From Octopus bimaculoides (taxonomy: Eukaryota), in assembly GCF_001194135.2 (NCBI RefSeq), contig NC_068984.1:31911953-31975247 (forward strand): a DNA stretch of 63,295 bases. Direction: 5' to 3'. The position numbers and the translations under genes are program-made. A model generated the notes under the pieces. That model had not been told where the DNA came from and made no database searches. It saw only the letters and a program-made list of their open reading frames with translations. Shown here one piece after another: positions 1 through 13,026 of this stretch (positions within the stretch are counted from its first letter, which is position 1; each line of letters opens with the position of its first letter).

Positions 1-149
1 ACAGAAAATGTTTAATAGAAAGAGTTAAAAATTAGAAGAGGTAATTAGGAAGTCATCACAACTAGTGGTAAGAATAGATTTTGACCATTTCTTCAATGTG
101 AAACATGAAGTTAGGTTTGTTGGAGTAGAAATGTTTTCCATTGTATGAA

Positions 150-860
150 GTAAGAAAGACTGCTTTATAGGCTTGAGCTATCACAGCATGATGTAGAAAC
201 TAAAGCACAATTTAGTCATTGATAGTCTAAGATGGGTGCATGCTACATGACTTCCAGCAGATGTCCATAACTATCCTGCAACACTTTGCTCAATTTTTCT
301 GGAGGAGTGGAGAGCATGTACTTTACTGAAGTCTAGTGCAAACCTTGATGGTTTAGTACAACTGGTTTGGATGATCTTCCCTATTAGCATTATGCCTAAG
401 TGTGAGAATTTTTACCCGTTTCTTGACAGATGTTTACCATAACTGGCAGTAAGACAGGAGAAATCCCAGTTGCATGAGTTGGGCAGTGATTACACAGCTA
501 AGAAAGCAAGCAAACAAGTCTGATATAAACGATAATTTCTGGCTCATAACTCTGAATGATGATACAGAATTCAAGATTTTGGTTATGATGTTAAGGGAAA
601 GATTATCACATTTCCCAACAACTTGTGTGTAGTTGGGAAAGCAGAGACATACACACTCCTGACCTACTATATCCATTAAACCCTTCACCTCATACAATAT
701 ATCAAAAGCATAGGTAGTAAAACTGGGACCCTAATCAACTAGGATGAATCACTACTTGATGGCTATCTTCAAGAGGAACAGTTTCAGTTCCGTTTTCAGT
801 GACTGGATTTTGAGTACTCAACAGATAAAGAAGTGTCAGTCTAGGCCCTGATACTCTTTA
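150..860 (-). mobile_element. Highly degenerate CR1/L2-like LINE reverse-transcriptase fragment
   Basis: Minus-strand translation gives broken remnants resembling the LGP motif and the C-terminal 'Y...SP.L.K....QRRA...L.Y..RL' region of CR1/L2 RT; many stops. Confidence 0.4.
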
Positions 861-932
861 CCTTTGAACTATGAAATTTGATATAATTCTATTACAAAAT
901 AAAGTATGAGTGAATATAACAAAATATATAAA

Positions 933-1145
933 CGAGGGGTTGCTGAAAAGTTCCTGGCTTTAAGGGTATCCTAAATGGCATAGTCGGAGACCCAATCTTC
1001 TGAGTTCTTTTACAGGGGTTAGAAAAGTTGAAGGACTGCTGCAATAAGTGTGTGAATCTAAAAGGGGAATATGTTTAATAAAATCATAACTGATCCTTCT
1101 GTATTTTCTTTTATCCAAAGTCAGGAATTTTTCAGCACCCCCTCA
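933..1145 (+). mobile_element. Mariner-derived MITE (internally deleted)
   Basis: TIRs cgaggggttgctgaaaagttcctggcttt / aaagtcaggaatttttcagcacccccctca; 1016-1078 translates GLEKLKDCCNKCVNLKGEYV*, matching the mariner transposase C-terminus. Confidence 0.75.
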
Positions 1146-3289
1146 TTCATGTGTGTTTTGAATGGCTATAAGGACACTACTGTGATGTAATTATTTTATT
1201 TCCAGATCGAAATAAAAATTTTGGACATATTTTTTATCAGCAAACACCTCAATGTCTTTGAAATTCTTATTTGGTATAAGAAATCAATACAAATCAGTAT
1301 AACAATTTTTTAAGGTTTTAAAGGAATAGTCTAAGGTTTCACTTTCATTTCTCCATCAAGCTGCTTGCAGAATTATAGACACATCATTGAAACTAGGTCA
1401 CAGTAGTAGAGAGATCCTTACCATTTCCTTTGTATCATTGTAAAATGCTATTCTAAGTCTAAACAATTGAAAACCCTCCACAAATATATGAATTCAAAAT
1501 AAAAAAAATTTAAAAATCATGAAATATTTCTAGAAAATATCTCAATGTCTTTATTCTGTTATTTAGCAAGATAAAAATAATTATAGTAGCATTGCTTTGG
1601 ATTATATAAGTGAATCTTCTAAGGTATTGCTTTCATTGTTCCAACTAGCTATGCAGAGAATTAGAGAGAAAAATAAAGCTTTAGAGAAATAAAACTGAAG
1701 TGAAAAAAAAATAAACGGATATAATATTCATCAAGTTAATAAAATAAGCTGAATTATGATAATAACAATAATAATAATAATAACAACAATGAAATAAATT
1801 GGAACAATGAAAATTCATATTTCCCTCATGACAGTCCATTTTCTTTAATTACACAATTAAATAGAAACAAGGACAATAAAAATGCATCAGGGAATTTTTT
1901 TTTTTTTTATCTTGAAAGGTTTAAAAAAGAAAAATACAATACAACATAAAGATTACTAAATATAAATGAAAAAATAAAATACAAATCAAAAGTTAAACCG
2001 ATAATTTTCAGAATAAATTTGTATTTAATTTGGTATTGAGTTGAAAATATCTGAAACAGGATACAGGAATAAATCTAATGAAAATTACCTTAATTTCTAT
2101 TTTCATGGTTCATATAACAAACTAGCATTTAATGTTTAATTCAATAATCTGTCAGTAAATTGTTTCCTGCCTAAACTAATAAAAAATAATCAACAAAATC
2201 AACAGTGCAAATAAACAAGTAAACAAACAAGTAAATTAAATAAAAAAGTAAAACTAAAAATTTTCAGATTATTATTCCAAATAGTTTTGAAATTCTTTAA
2301 CTTCCTCTTTTAGCAGAATTGTTAAAAGGTAATTTTTGTTGATTTCATTTTTTTTTTATTGCTGTTTCCTTTTTCTTGTTATAATTTTTTTCTTTTTCGG
2401 TTTGTAATTTTATCTGCGTATGTTATATTGCTTACTTTGCACTGTACTCGAATGTTTCAGATATGACTGATGTACCCATATATTATATAATTTGTGTCAA
2501 TTAAAGATTGAAAAATCTGTGAAATAGAAAAATAAAATTAGATGGCTTGACGATAGCTATCTAATTTTATTTTAGTGTTGCTTTAAATTTGTTTGCTTTT
2601 GGATTCTCTTGTATTTTCATATACACATAAATCCCCAGAACTTGAAGTGTAGCCAGAGCATGAAATGAGTGGGTGGGGTGAAGATGCAACATAAAGAAAT
2701 AGACAGGGAGGAAGATGGTGAAGAACATGAGGTGGGTTGATGAAGAGGGAAGATGGAGTGAGAAGGTGGAATCACTTCCTCTACACCTATCATTCAAAAC
2801 CTATAGCCTCACTAGGCGATAGATTTCGAATGATTGATTTATTATCAAGTTCATGCAATGTATTCTGTCTGTATTAACTTCTTTTTTACATATATATTAT
2901 TTTTATAATAAATTTTTTAAACGTTTATCTCTTTTATCATCCTTAGACATATACAGTCACAAATATTTAACAAGAAAGCCATTACATTTATATAGTTATG
3001 TGACCTGATAATTGTATTTAAATTTGTATACAGTGCTAAAATCACACACACAAACACACACATTATATATATCCTTCCCCTCCTCCATGCTACTACCAAT
3101 TAATGTGTATTCCTCAGTTTTATCAGCTTTACCACCCACATTCCATTTATGACCAGAAGTATCCACTGTTTAGTTCAAGAATTAACTATCAAGCCATTAT
3201 TTTGAAAAGATGAACCAAAAGCATCATCTTCTAACTTATGCATCATCTAATAAAAAACAATACTCATGAAAATTTGCAAACTTACGTCA

Positions 3290-3455
3290 TGAGCATCATT
3301 TAGCGTCCATGTTCCATGCCTGCATGGGTTGAACTGGCCTGCTAGAGAGCTGATCAGACTTCAATTGTCTGTTTTGCCATTGTTTCTACAGCTGGATGCC
3401 CTTCCTAATGCCAAATGCTCTACAGAGTGTACTGGGCACATTTTACATGGTTCAG
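3290..3455 (-). mobile_element. RTE-tailed SINE / RTE 3' end, degenerate
   Basis: Contains ctacagctggatgcccttcctaatgccaa and catgggttg, shared with the copies at 7985 and 10075. Confidence 0.7.
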
Positions 3456-4214
3456 GCAAATAGATAAATAAGACAACATTCTCTACATGACTGAAAATAG
3501 CAGTCAAGTGTCCTTCAAATCACATCTTACTGTCTTAAATACATAAATAACACACTAAATATAGCTGTTCCCTATATATCTTAAAAAGAAAGGCAGGACA
3601 CTCTGGAATGAATCTGAGTATAGGTTTGCATGATAAGAGATGATCATAGACTCTGACATCAATTTCATTATATGAAGCATCCAGTTGTTGATACAGGGTG
3701 GACGACATTCAGTTATAACCGTTCTACTTTACCATCAAACAGTGTACCAAGAAATATATTACCAGATTTATATATTTTTTTTTCAAGACAGAAAGATATG
3801 ATTTAAGAAGAGTTTAGCTGCTATGTCTTGCATCAGGAATGAGCATGTAAATTCTCTCCCACAGGCACACTGTTATTACACCATTTTGTCCTTATACAAA
3901 GATGAGACATTTGCCTATAATTTATTAATATAATTTGTTATTTCTTTATTAAATTAAATTTATTTCAAGTCATGTTTGACAAGTTACCTTACAATCGATA
4001 TTATTTACACCTTAACTATTCTGAAATCTATAACTTTAATTTGCAGGCTTCATTTCTCAAACTTTTGTCAGACAATTTTACTATATTACCTTTAAAACAG
4101 TGTTTTTGTTTTCTTTTGGAGAGACAAAGCAATTTTATCTGATCTTTTGCACACACAAGCACACACACACACACATTTATGAGGTGTATTTGTAATTATG
4201 TAATATATGTATAT

Positions 4215-4514
4215 TGGTAACCCTTCCAGTGCTGGTGCCAAGCATCCGGTCCACACTATAAAGAGGTTGGCATTTGGAAGGGCATCCAGCTGTAAAAACC
4301 ATGCCAAACTGAACCTCACATGTATTTGTGCCACATATAAAGCACTCAGTCCACTCTTCTGGGAGTTTGGTGTTAGGAAGGGCATCCAGCTGTAAAAACC
4401 TTGCCAAAACAGACACAGAAGTCTGGGGTAGGCTCCTGCCTGGCCAGCTCCTGGCAAATCATCCAGCCCATGCCAGCATGGAAGGTGGACATTAAACGAT
4501 GATGATGATGATGA
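4215..4514 (+). mobile_element. RTE-tailed SINE with (GAT)n tail
   Basis: ggaagggcatccagctgtaaaaacc occurs twice; ends catgccagcatggaaggtggacattaaac(gat)n. Confidence 0.75.
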
Positions 4515-4552
4515 TATATATATATATGTATATATATATATATGTATATATA

Positions 4553-4673
4553 NNNNNNNNNNNNNNNNNNNNNNNNNNNNNNNNNNNNNNNNNNNNNNNN
4601 NNNNNNNNNNNNNNNNNNNNNNNNNNNNNNNNNNNNNNNNNNNNNNNNNNNNNNNNNNNNNNNNNNNNNNNNN
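4553..4673. other. Assembly gap within (TA)n microsatellite
   Basis: N run flanked by TA repeats; further gaps at 5499-5508, 38999-39247, 50310-50495 and 62413-62422. Confidence 0.98.
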
Positions 4674-4720
<47 letters not shown>

Positions 4721-5255
4721 ATAATAAATGATTTGGACAAATAAGTATAATTCAATTAGTGTGTTTCAATGTTTAGTAGAGCACCAGCACAGTTTAGGCT
4801 ACCTGTTGTCATCTGCAGTTGTGGTACACATCCATTGGATCTACCTCAGGAACTCGGCAGTGGCATTTAAGGTAACAGTATTAATTAATAGTAGGAGATG
4901 GATTTCATATTAGATTTTTATTAGGTACAATATATGTTTTGGTCTATCAGTCTGGTTCTCTTTATTGATAAAGAAGTCCCACTAGAGATTTTTAGTGTCA
5001 GCTGGCTTGTTGTCCTACGCCCATGAAGTTAGGGAATGAATAAAAGAAAATAATATAGAAACGCAAAAACTTCAAATATGAATGAGGAAATCTTACATTC
5101 CAGTTTAGATAAAATGACCTAATCAGCTTCGGTGGTCATAACTGTTTAGAGGAACAAGAAAGTAGAAAGAGAAAGGAATATTAATACTGAGACAAGTAAT
5201 TTCATGTTCGTGCCTATATATACAGACGGACAGATAGAGGAACAAACACAAATAT

Positions 5256-5301
<46 letters not shown>

Positions 5302-5304
5302 CAG

Positions 5305-5474
5305 TTGTGTCTGGGGAGAGTCATTCTCTTTTGGTGCCTTGAGTCAAAACTATTGAAAAGGTTGCAAGATGCAATGAAAATTTTAGAAAAATAAACAAGA
5401 AATAAGTAGAAATATTACCGGTGAGTGTGTTAAATCATAAGGCACCAAAAGAGAATGACTCTCCTCAGACACAA
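5305..5474. mobile_element. 170-bp MITE with 36-bp TIRs
   Basis: ttgtgtctggggagagtcattctcttttggtgcctt (5305-5340) is the reverse complement of 5439-5474 with 1 mismatch; a second copy lies at 58381-58518. Confidence 0.85.
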
Positions 5475-5563
5475 TAGAATATGCTACACCATGCGAACNN
5501 NNNNNNNNGGAATCCCCACCCTCTGTACCTATATTTTACGAATTTATAGCCTCAGACGTACTC

Positions 5564-5596
<33 letters not shown>

Positions 5597-5659
5597 CACA
5601 CATGAATGCATATGTATACACACCCACACACACATACATACACATATATATATACATAG

Positions 5660-6625
5660 ACACACACACAACTCTCTCTTCCTCTCTTACTCCAAAAACT
5701 GTAGGAGGCTGCAGGAACAGTTCCCAGTAAAAAAGAAAAATATTCACATATACACACATATATATGTATGCATGCATGCATCCAGGTGTTACAGTCACTT
5801 GGGGTATGAAATTCTTCACATAAGAAAATTGTAAAATACGACCACAAATTTTGGGATATAGCCTGCAATTCTACCATTTCAGAAACTAATGCCAATTTTC
5901 ACAATTCTATAAAGCACAAATCATGATTGCTTTCAAACATTTATTGTACCTAAATGATCCTGCCTCTCCTCCCCAACTCCTTCTTCTTCTTCCCTCACTT
6001 TATTCGTTCATACATCAATTCAAATGGTCTTATTTTACATTTATTACCACACTTATCACCAAAACCTATGTGCTTCCTTCTCAACACACTCATCTAGTTG
6101 TTCCTTACTTTAATCAAATAGTACTGCTGATTTCTTTACTTCTCTTCTTTCATATTCTCATTTATTCTTTTGCATATGAATTAATTATCCAACTACTTTT
6201 CATTCAACACAGAGCAGCACTACTTTCTCTGGAATGAGCTTTTCTTTTTGAATATTACAGTCTGTTACCTTTTCTATCTAGCTTTCTTTCTTTGATATTA
6301 TACTACTTGATCATGTATGACATTCTGTGAATGGGCTAAGAAATAACTTCAGTTAACAGGATCAAATTGTATTGGTGCTTCATTCATTCATTTATTCCAG
6401 AATGTCATTCTTTATCCATAAATTATTAAATATTTTTTATCTATCCGAATTTATCCATGTACATGAACCAAGTAAGTGCTGTCCATCTGGCTTACATTTT
6501 TCAATATTTCTTTCACCATTTCCCACTTTTGTTGTCTGTCAGATAAAGGCATTCATAATTAGAGATTTCACCTAGTTAAACATAATATATTTTGATGTCA
6601 CTCTCAGAAATCTTTGTGTGTGCGT

Positions 6626-6673
<48 letters not shown>

Positions 6674-6770
6674 GTCTCCCTTCCTCTCTTACTCCAAAAA
6701 CAATTGTAGGAGGCTGCAACAACAGTCCCCTGTATAAAGGATAAAAATTCACATATACACACCTATACAC
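5660..6770 (+). repeat. ~100-bp direct repeat pair (5660-5760 and 6665-6770)
   Basis: cttcctctcttactccaaaaac...tgtaggaggctgca..aacagt..cc...aaaaat.ttcacatatacacac present twice, about 1 kb apart. Confidence 0.8.
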
Positions 6771-7523
6771 ACACACATGCAAAACATAGGCATCACTCAT
6801 AAGCCAGTATAACTGGTAACATATACCATACTTTCTTTAATTGTTTTAAGTATCTATGTAGTTATGAACAGACGTAGATGCCTTGTTTATCCTTCCATTC
6901 ATCTTGTAGGAAATCATCTGGAATTTAACAACTGGATAGAGAAAAGACTTCACCAACACTCAGCTCTTGCACATTTTAAATAAAATCTATTGAAGCAAAC
7001 TGAAATGACAAGTCATGCTTAGAGATACAATGTGACACCTAACCAAGAATTGAACCCATAATGTAAGAATCATAAGACTAACACCTTACCTACTAAACCA
7101 CGTGTCCCAGACCACAAAATAGAAATTATTTCATCTCAAACAAAGAAAAAACTTAATTTTGTATTAATTATTAATAGAGATATGAATATTTCATAGGTTT
7201 TTAGTGAGATACATCAAATGTTACCCAAGAGAGAGAATCTACTATTTATCATTTAACTTGTGATGCACACACACTTCTGTACTTTTCATTTGAAGGCATT
7301 ATGTGCCATTAAGTGCGTAGGTGTGTCAGTGTTAATGTGTATGGCAGTGTGTTCTTTTAGCGATAGGTTACATTGCTTTCACTCATTTGTTTAAATTTGT
7401 TTTTAGTATATTTGTAGTCAATGCAATTATATTATGTGTGTTTGTTTGAGTGCAGAAGTGAAGGTGAGTTTAGCTTTAGGAGTGTGTTTACACAAACATT
7501 GATAAAAGTAATATTTGTAGGCA

Positions 7524-7555
<32 letters not shown>

Positions 7556-7984
7556 CATACATCTGTGTGTGTGTATATGTGTGAATACATTTGTGTGTGC
7601 AGACTGTAAATGTGTGTCAATAAATTACTGTCTAGTTTTAAACTATTGGTGTTTTAAAGATTTGTTGAAGAGTGTTTGTTGTTGTTGTTGATGATGATGA
7701 TGATGTGGTGTGGGTGGTAGAGGTGGTGTTGAGAGTGATAAAATTCTCCACTTTCCTGATGGCATTCTGAATGATGTAATTGCCATCACTGATTGTGGTA
7801 GTGTTGATGAATGTGTTGCCAATGCTGGAGGTGGTAACAGTGAGGAAATTGTTCCCGCTGAGATGGTAGTGGTGGTAGTACAAGTAGTAGTCTCGATAAC
7901 GATGGTGATCGAATTGATCCAATCGATGATGGTGGTGGTGATAGGGATGAATTGCTTGCCGTTGAGAAAATTGAATTTTCGAGC

Positions 7985-8280
7985 GAGATCATTGCCAGTG
8001 CTCCTGGACTGGCTCTTGTGCGGGTGGCACATAAAATACACCATTTTGAGCATGGCCATTGCCAGTACCGCCTGACTGGTTTTCGTGCGGGTGACACGTA
8101 AAAGCAACCACTACACTCTCTGAGTGGTTGGCGTTGGGAAGGGCATCCAGCTGTAGAAACTCTGCCAAATCAGATTGGAACCTAGTGTTGCCATCCGGTT
8201 TCACCAGTCCTCAGTCAAATCGTCCAACCCATGCTAGCATGGAAAGCGGACGTTAAACGATGATGATGATGATGATGATG
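7985..8280 (+). mobile_element. RTE-tailed SINE with internal ~65-bp repeat units and (GAT)n tail
   Basis: ttgccagt..c.tggactggct repeats at 7991 and 8058; tail gggcatccagctgtagaaactctgccaaatcagattgg...gcggacgttaaac(gat)n. Confidence 0.9.
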
Positions 8281-8369
8281 GTGGTAATAGCAGTGACATT
8301 GTTCTTGCAGATGGTGCTGATAATGGTGGTGATAATGATGAAAATGCCACCACTGATATTTGAAAGAAA

Positions 8370-8800
8370 GGAGAGGAGGTTGGAAAAGTTTTGTAATGGC
8401 GCTCCTTGTGTAAACAATGGGTGTACAAGAAACGCTGAGGAATGGCAGGCAGGTTAATCTAAAGGATAGACTTCATGTGCAACAGGTGTATAGGAGCATT
8501 AAGCCAAAGAACACTCCAAAAAATAGATAACTTCAAATACCCAAGTGGCTTCCCAGAAGTTGTTGGCAGTTTATATTGTCTACTTGGCCACTGAGCCATG
8601 TGCCTTTTTAATTGGCCTAATTAGAAGTGGAGGTCAGTGTTCTGAAAGTATAGTAGCCAGAATGTGAATGGGCTGGATAATATTCAAGGAGCAGTTACAT
8701 CTGCTGCTAAAGCAGGTTTCTCTCTCAAAATGAAGTGCAGATTGTATCATCTATGCATATTAAGTATGATACCACAGAGTAATGAGATGTAGAGGATTTG
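8370..8800 (+). mobile_element. Degenerate RTE-clade LINE ORF fragment with Cys-rich (PHD-like) segment
   Basis: Broken translation C..CKQWVYKK...DFMCNRCIGA...ESIVARM.MGW..F.E.L.LL...SLKMK..LY..C, resembling the post-RT region of invertebrate RTE elements. Confidence 0.6.
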
Positions 8801-10074
8801 TCCATGCTGCTCTAGATCAAGTCTGATCGAACAAATCAATGATCAAAAGCATTCCAGCTATAACCATCCTATCTGTTTAACGATATCTAGAACTATATTA
8901 TCCAACATTTATTTTGCCTTTCTACGATGGTACATCTGAAATGAGTAAGATTTAGCTGCTGTTTCTAGCAGGGTGAGTGATTATAATAAGGCTTTTTCAT
9001 AGTCCAGTATACTGTTATAGTTTAGCCCCGGGTCAACTCTAATCAAATACATCTATAATGAAAAATATCCTGTTTGTGACCATACATTTTTTTTCAATAA
9101 TACTTAATGTGTCTTCCCTTCTTTAAGACACAAGTGGAAAGGATTTAGCTGCTATTTCTTGCAAGCTGAGCAACCACATAGAGACTTCTTCATTGGTTGA
9201 TAATGCTGTTGTTTTTGTTTTATGGTATTTATAATAAAATAGGAGAGAAGTGAAGTTATTCATGAAAAGATCTTTGTGATATTGTTGATTGGGTTAAGAG
9301 TGGGGGTGGTAGTGGTGGCAGTAAATAACAACAAAAGATTTTAATCAGACTGAAAATGTCAAAAATCTCAACATGACTAATTCCGTTGCAGCTTGTTTGT
9401 TTATATATTGTGCTTTGTTTGTTGTTCTTTTACCTTTAAATTCTATCCCTTGTGTGCCTGATAATTCATCATGGCTGTCAACTTTAGTCATCAGACAACA
9501 TACTTCACCCACCCTAGAACACATCAGGAAGAAAGACAGAACAAATTTGAGCAAGAAATGTATTAAAGAAGCCCTGTAAAAATCAGATAATGATTGAACA
9601 TTTTTAAAATGGAAATAATCACCTTGCAAGAGGTGTAGAGTTCATTAGCCGAATAAAGTTCTAGTTACTTTGTGTCATTTATGTTTATTTCTTCTATGAC
9701 CTATTCAGGAGGAAGGACACTGCCTGTGTCCCTTCACATGAAGTTTGATACTAATAGCTGGATGGAGATAGGATAGTATCCCCAAAGTATGTAGTTTCTA
9801 CAAAAGACACCCAAAAACCAAGTAGTTGTGTTAATGAGATGATTTACCAAGTAGACCATGTAGACCATGGTGGAATTTGAACTCTGGATACAGAAAACTG
9901 GAATATATACCACCACCATCCTATGTAAATGAATTCATCAGTTCACTACCTAAGGGTTAGATTTTATTTATTAACACTAAAAGGATGAAAGATAAAATTG
10001 AATTTGGCAATATTTGAACTTGGAAAACAATTCAATGGAATAAATTCTGTAAAATGTTTCATCTGATGTTTTAA

Positions 10075-10282
10075 TCATCATCATCATCATCATCGTCGTC
10101 GTTTAACGTCCGCTTTCCATGCTAGCATGGGTTGGACGATTTGACTGAGGACTGGTGAAACCAGATGGCTACACCAGGCTCCAATCTGATTTGGCAGAGT
10201 TTCTACAGCTGGATGCCCTTCCTAACACCAACCACTCCGGGAGTGTAGTGGGTGCTTTTACGTGCCACTGGCACGAGGGCCC
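10075..10282 (-). mobile_element. RTE-tailed SINE, young copy
   Basis: (cat)n gtttaacgtccgctttccatgctagcatgggttggacgatttgactgagg..., near-identical reverse complement of the 8100-8280 tail. Confidence 0.9.
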
Positions 10283-11334
10283 TGGCAATTCATTCCTTTT
10301 CTCATAACTTCCAGAAAAGAGTGAACCGTTTCAACCCTTCATCAATAATATTTGGTTAACTTTTGATGGCCACTGGTAAATTGAGCAAAGCATATTACAT
10401 TGCTTAGCCCCAAGTCAATGATGATCAAACAGAATATCCTTTTTTTTTTTTCTCTTTTTATTATCAAACAGTTAATGTAGGATTATACTAGCAAGTGTAA
10501 CCTTTCATATTTTAAATGGTGAAATTTAATTTACAATTTCTAGGAAATCAAACAATCACATAGACGCCTCCTTGTTGGCTCACACATGTTGTATTAGCAG
10601 ATAATTGATAAATTGGAGAATACGAATAATAAATATTCTTAACTGTGGATATACTAAATGGACTGAATATTCATGCAATTTTACAATGGAGTTACTTGCT
10701 GGAATAGATTGCCACTGAATTTTGCAACTATAGATGCAAACATGTTTTCTCAGAAATTTGTTGCCGGAGCAAAGTATTTGCTTTATGGATTTAGCTGACT
10801 GTGTATAGTTATGCTAGTACCAGTGACCACTATATTAGATAATCAAATATTCAACACACAGATGCTAGATACTAAAGTAGTTTCAAATGTCCAAATATGA
10901 TTAAGATGATAGGAAAGTTTTTACTAATAATCAACAATCCTGTATAAATAAAGGTTGAATAGGAGGATACTATAATGGAATTGGTAATTTCATGCAAATT
11001 AAGTAGATCTTAAATTCATTACATCTCTTATTCTAATTAATTTAGTATTTTCATGTGTGTAGGGCTCTTTAATGTTGAGAGTTTAACTGAATATGAATTA
11101 CAAGACAATATAAATATATTCAATAAATATTTTTTTTCTCTCACTTCTCTTGAATTTGATTAATTATTGTATACTCTATACCATTATGATTCTCAAATTT
11201 TCAGAAACACGATGATGTTAATTAATACCTTAAAATCAAATAGTCATTTTGATAACAACCTGCAGAAAGTTTACTGTGAGCACTGTTTGATTCTTTGAAT
11301 TCCTATCTTCAGTTGTGTATGTGTGTGTACACAT

Positions 11335-11657
11335 GAAAGCATGTGGCTTAGTGGTTAGAGCATTCAGCTCGTGATTGTAAGGGTGTGAGTTCAACTTCCA
11401 GCAACATGTTGAGTCCTTGAGCGAGACACTTTATTTCACGTTGCTCCAATCCACTCAGCTGGCAAAATTGAGTAATACCTGTATTTGAAAGGGTCAGCCT
11501 TGTCACACTCTGTGTCATGCTGAATATCCCTGAGAACTACATTAGGGGTACATGAGTCTGTGGATTGCTCAGCCACTTGCACATTATTTCACAAGCAAGC
11601 TGTTCCGTTGATTGTAACAGCTGGGAGCTTCGTCGTTGTAACTGACAGAATGCACCA
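11335..11657 (+). mobile_element. tRNA-derived SINE (second family, CORE-like middle)
   Basis: A-box gtggcttagtggttagagc, B-box gagttcaact, then gtccttgagcgagacactttatttcacgttgctcc. Confidence 0.8.
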
Positions 11658-11720
11658 ATATATATAGACACACATATATATATATACATGCGTGTGTCTG
11701 TGTGTGTGTGTGTGTGTGTG

Positions 11721-11830
11721 AAACGAAGTAACGAAGTGTTTTGCTCAAGAACGCGATACACAGCTGGTCTGAGAATCAAAACCATGATCTTGTGATCATG
11801 AGTGCAATATCTCAACCACAAGTCCATGCA
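11721..11830 (-). mobile_element. tRNA-derived SINE head fragment
   Basis: gtgttttgctcaagaac...gagaatcaaacc...caaccacaagtccatgc is the reverse complement of a CORE-like segment plus tRNA head. Confidence 0.6.
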
Positions 11831-11924
11831 CCTTCATCATCTGCTAACTTAACAGCAGGTAAGCAAATCAACACCAGTTGTCATGTGGTGGTGAGGCAGA
11901 AATACAGATACAAAGACATGTACA

Positions 11925-11971
<47 letters not shown>

Positions 11972-12409
11972 TCAACAAGCTGCTTTTTGCATCCATTGAC
12001 CAAAGCATTTACATATTACTACACACACACACATGTATGCATACATATAGGTTTCAAATTTTGGCACAGGGGGAGCAAGTTTGGGAGAGGGGTAGTCAAT
12101 TACATCGACCCTGGTGCTCAGCTGCTGCTTTATGCTATCGACCATAAAACATGAATGGCAAAGTCAACCTCAGCAGAAGACACCTGAAGAAGGCTGGAGG
12201 GTATATCAACCAAAAGGTTGTGTTAACAACAAACAAGATGAGGACAAATATCCGTTGAATGTAAATAATGTAAATAATGCATATAATTCTTCATCTCTTA
12301 AATATAGAACAGTCTTTCTATAAGTTGTGGTACAGGAAACAGTGGGAATCTTCAATTCCTTTAAAGTTGGCAACTGCAACTGATCAGAATTATATTAAAA
12401 AATACATAG

Positions 12410-13026
12410 GGCATCTAGCTCATCCAGCTGTAGAAACACTGCCAAATCAGATTGGAGCCTGGTGTAGCCATCTGGTTTCACCAGTCCTCAGTCAAATTGT
12501 CCAACCCATGCTAGCATGGAAAGCGGACGTTAAACGACGATGATGATGATGATGATGACATAGTTAACACGACAGAATGGAAGAACTGGGAATTGTAAAA
12601 GTAGATGTTCATTACAAAGAAGGCCACGGATTGGCTCCTGTGCCGGTGACATGTGAAAAGCACCATTCAAGCGTGATCGTTGCCAGTGTTGCCTTACCAG
12701 CACATGTGCCAGTGGCACTTAGAAAACAACATTTGAGCATGGTCGTTGTCAGTGCCGCCAGACTGGCTCCCATGCAGGTAGCACGTAAATCACCTTTTGA
12801 GTGTGGTCGTAGCCAGAACCACCTGACTGGCTTTCATACTAGTGGCACGTAAAAAGCACCCACAACATTCTTGGAGTGGTTGGCGTTAGGAAGAGCATCC
12901 AGTTGTAGAAACTTTGCCAGATCAGATTGAGCCTGGTACAACCTTCGGGCTCACCAGACCTCAGTCAAACCGTCCAACCCATGCCAGCAGGGAAAGTGGA
13001 CCTCAAACGATGATGATGATGATGAT
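12410..13026 (+). mobile_element. Two head-to-tail RTE-tailed SINE copies (12410-12557 and ~12610-13026)
   Basis: Both end in catccag.tgtagaaac...aaac(gat)n; the second carries several ~65-bp internal units. Confidence 0.85.

Noticed and set aside
7620-7985. Overlapping 94-154 aa ORFs
   Set aside because: Derived from (GTG/GAT) low-complexity sequence running into a SINE
4092-8204. Recurring peptide FLQLDALPNAN in several ORFs
   Set aside because: It is the antisense translation of the RTE-tailed SINE tail, not a protein family
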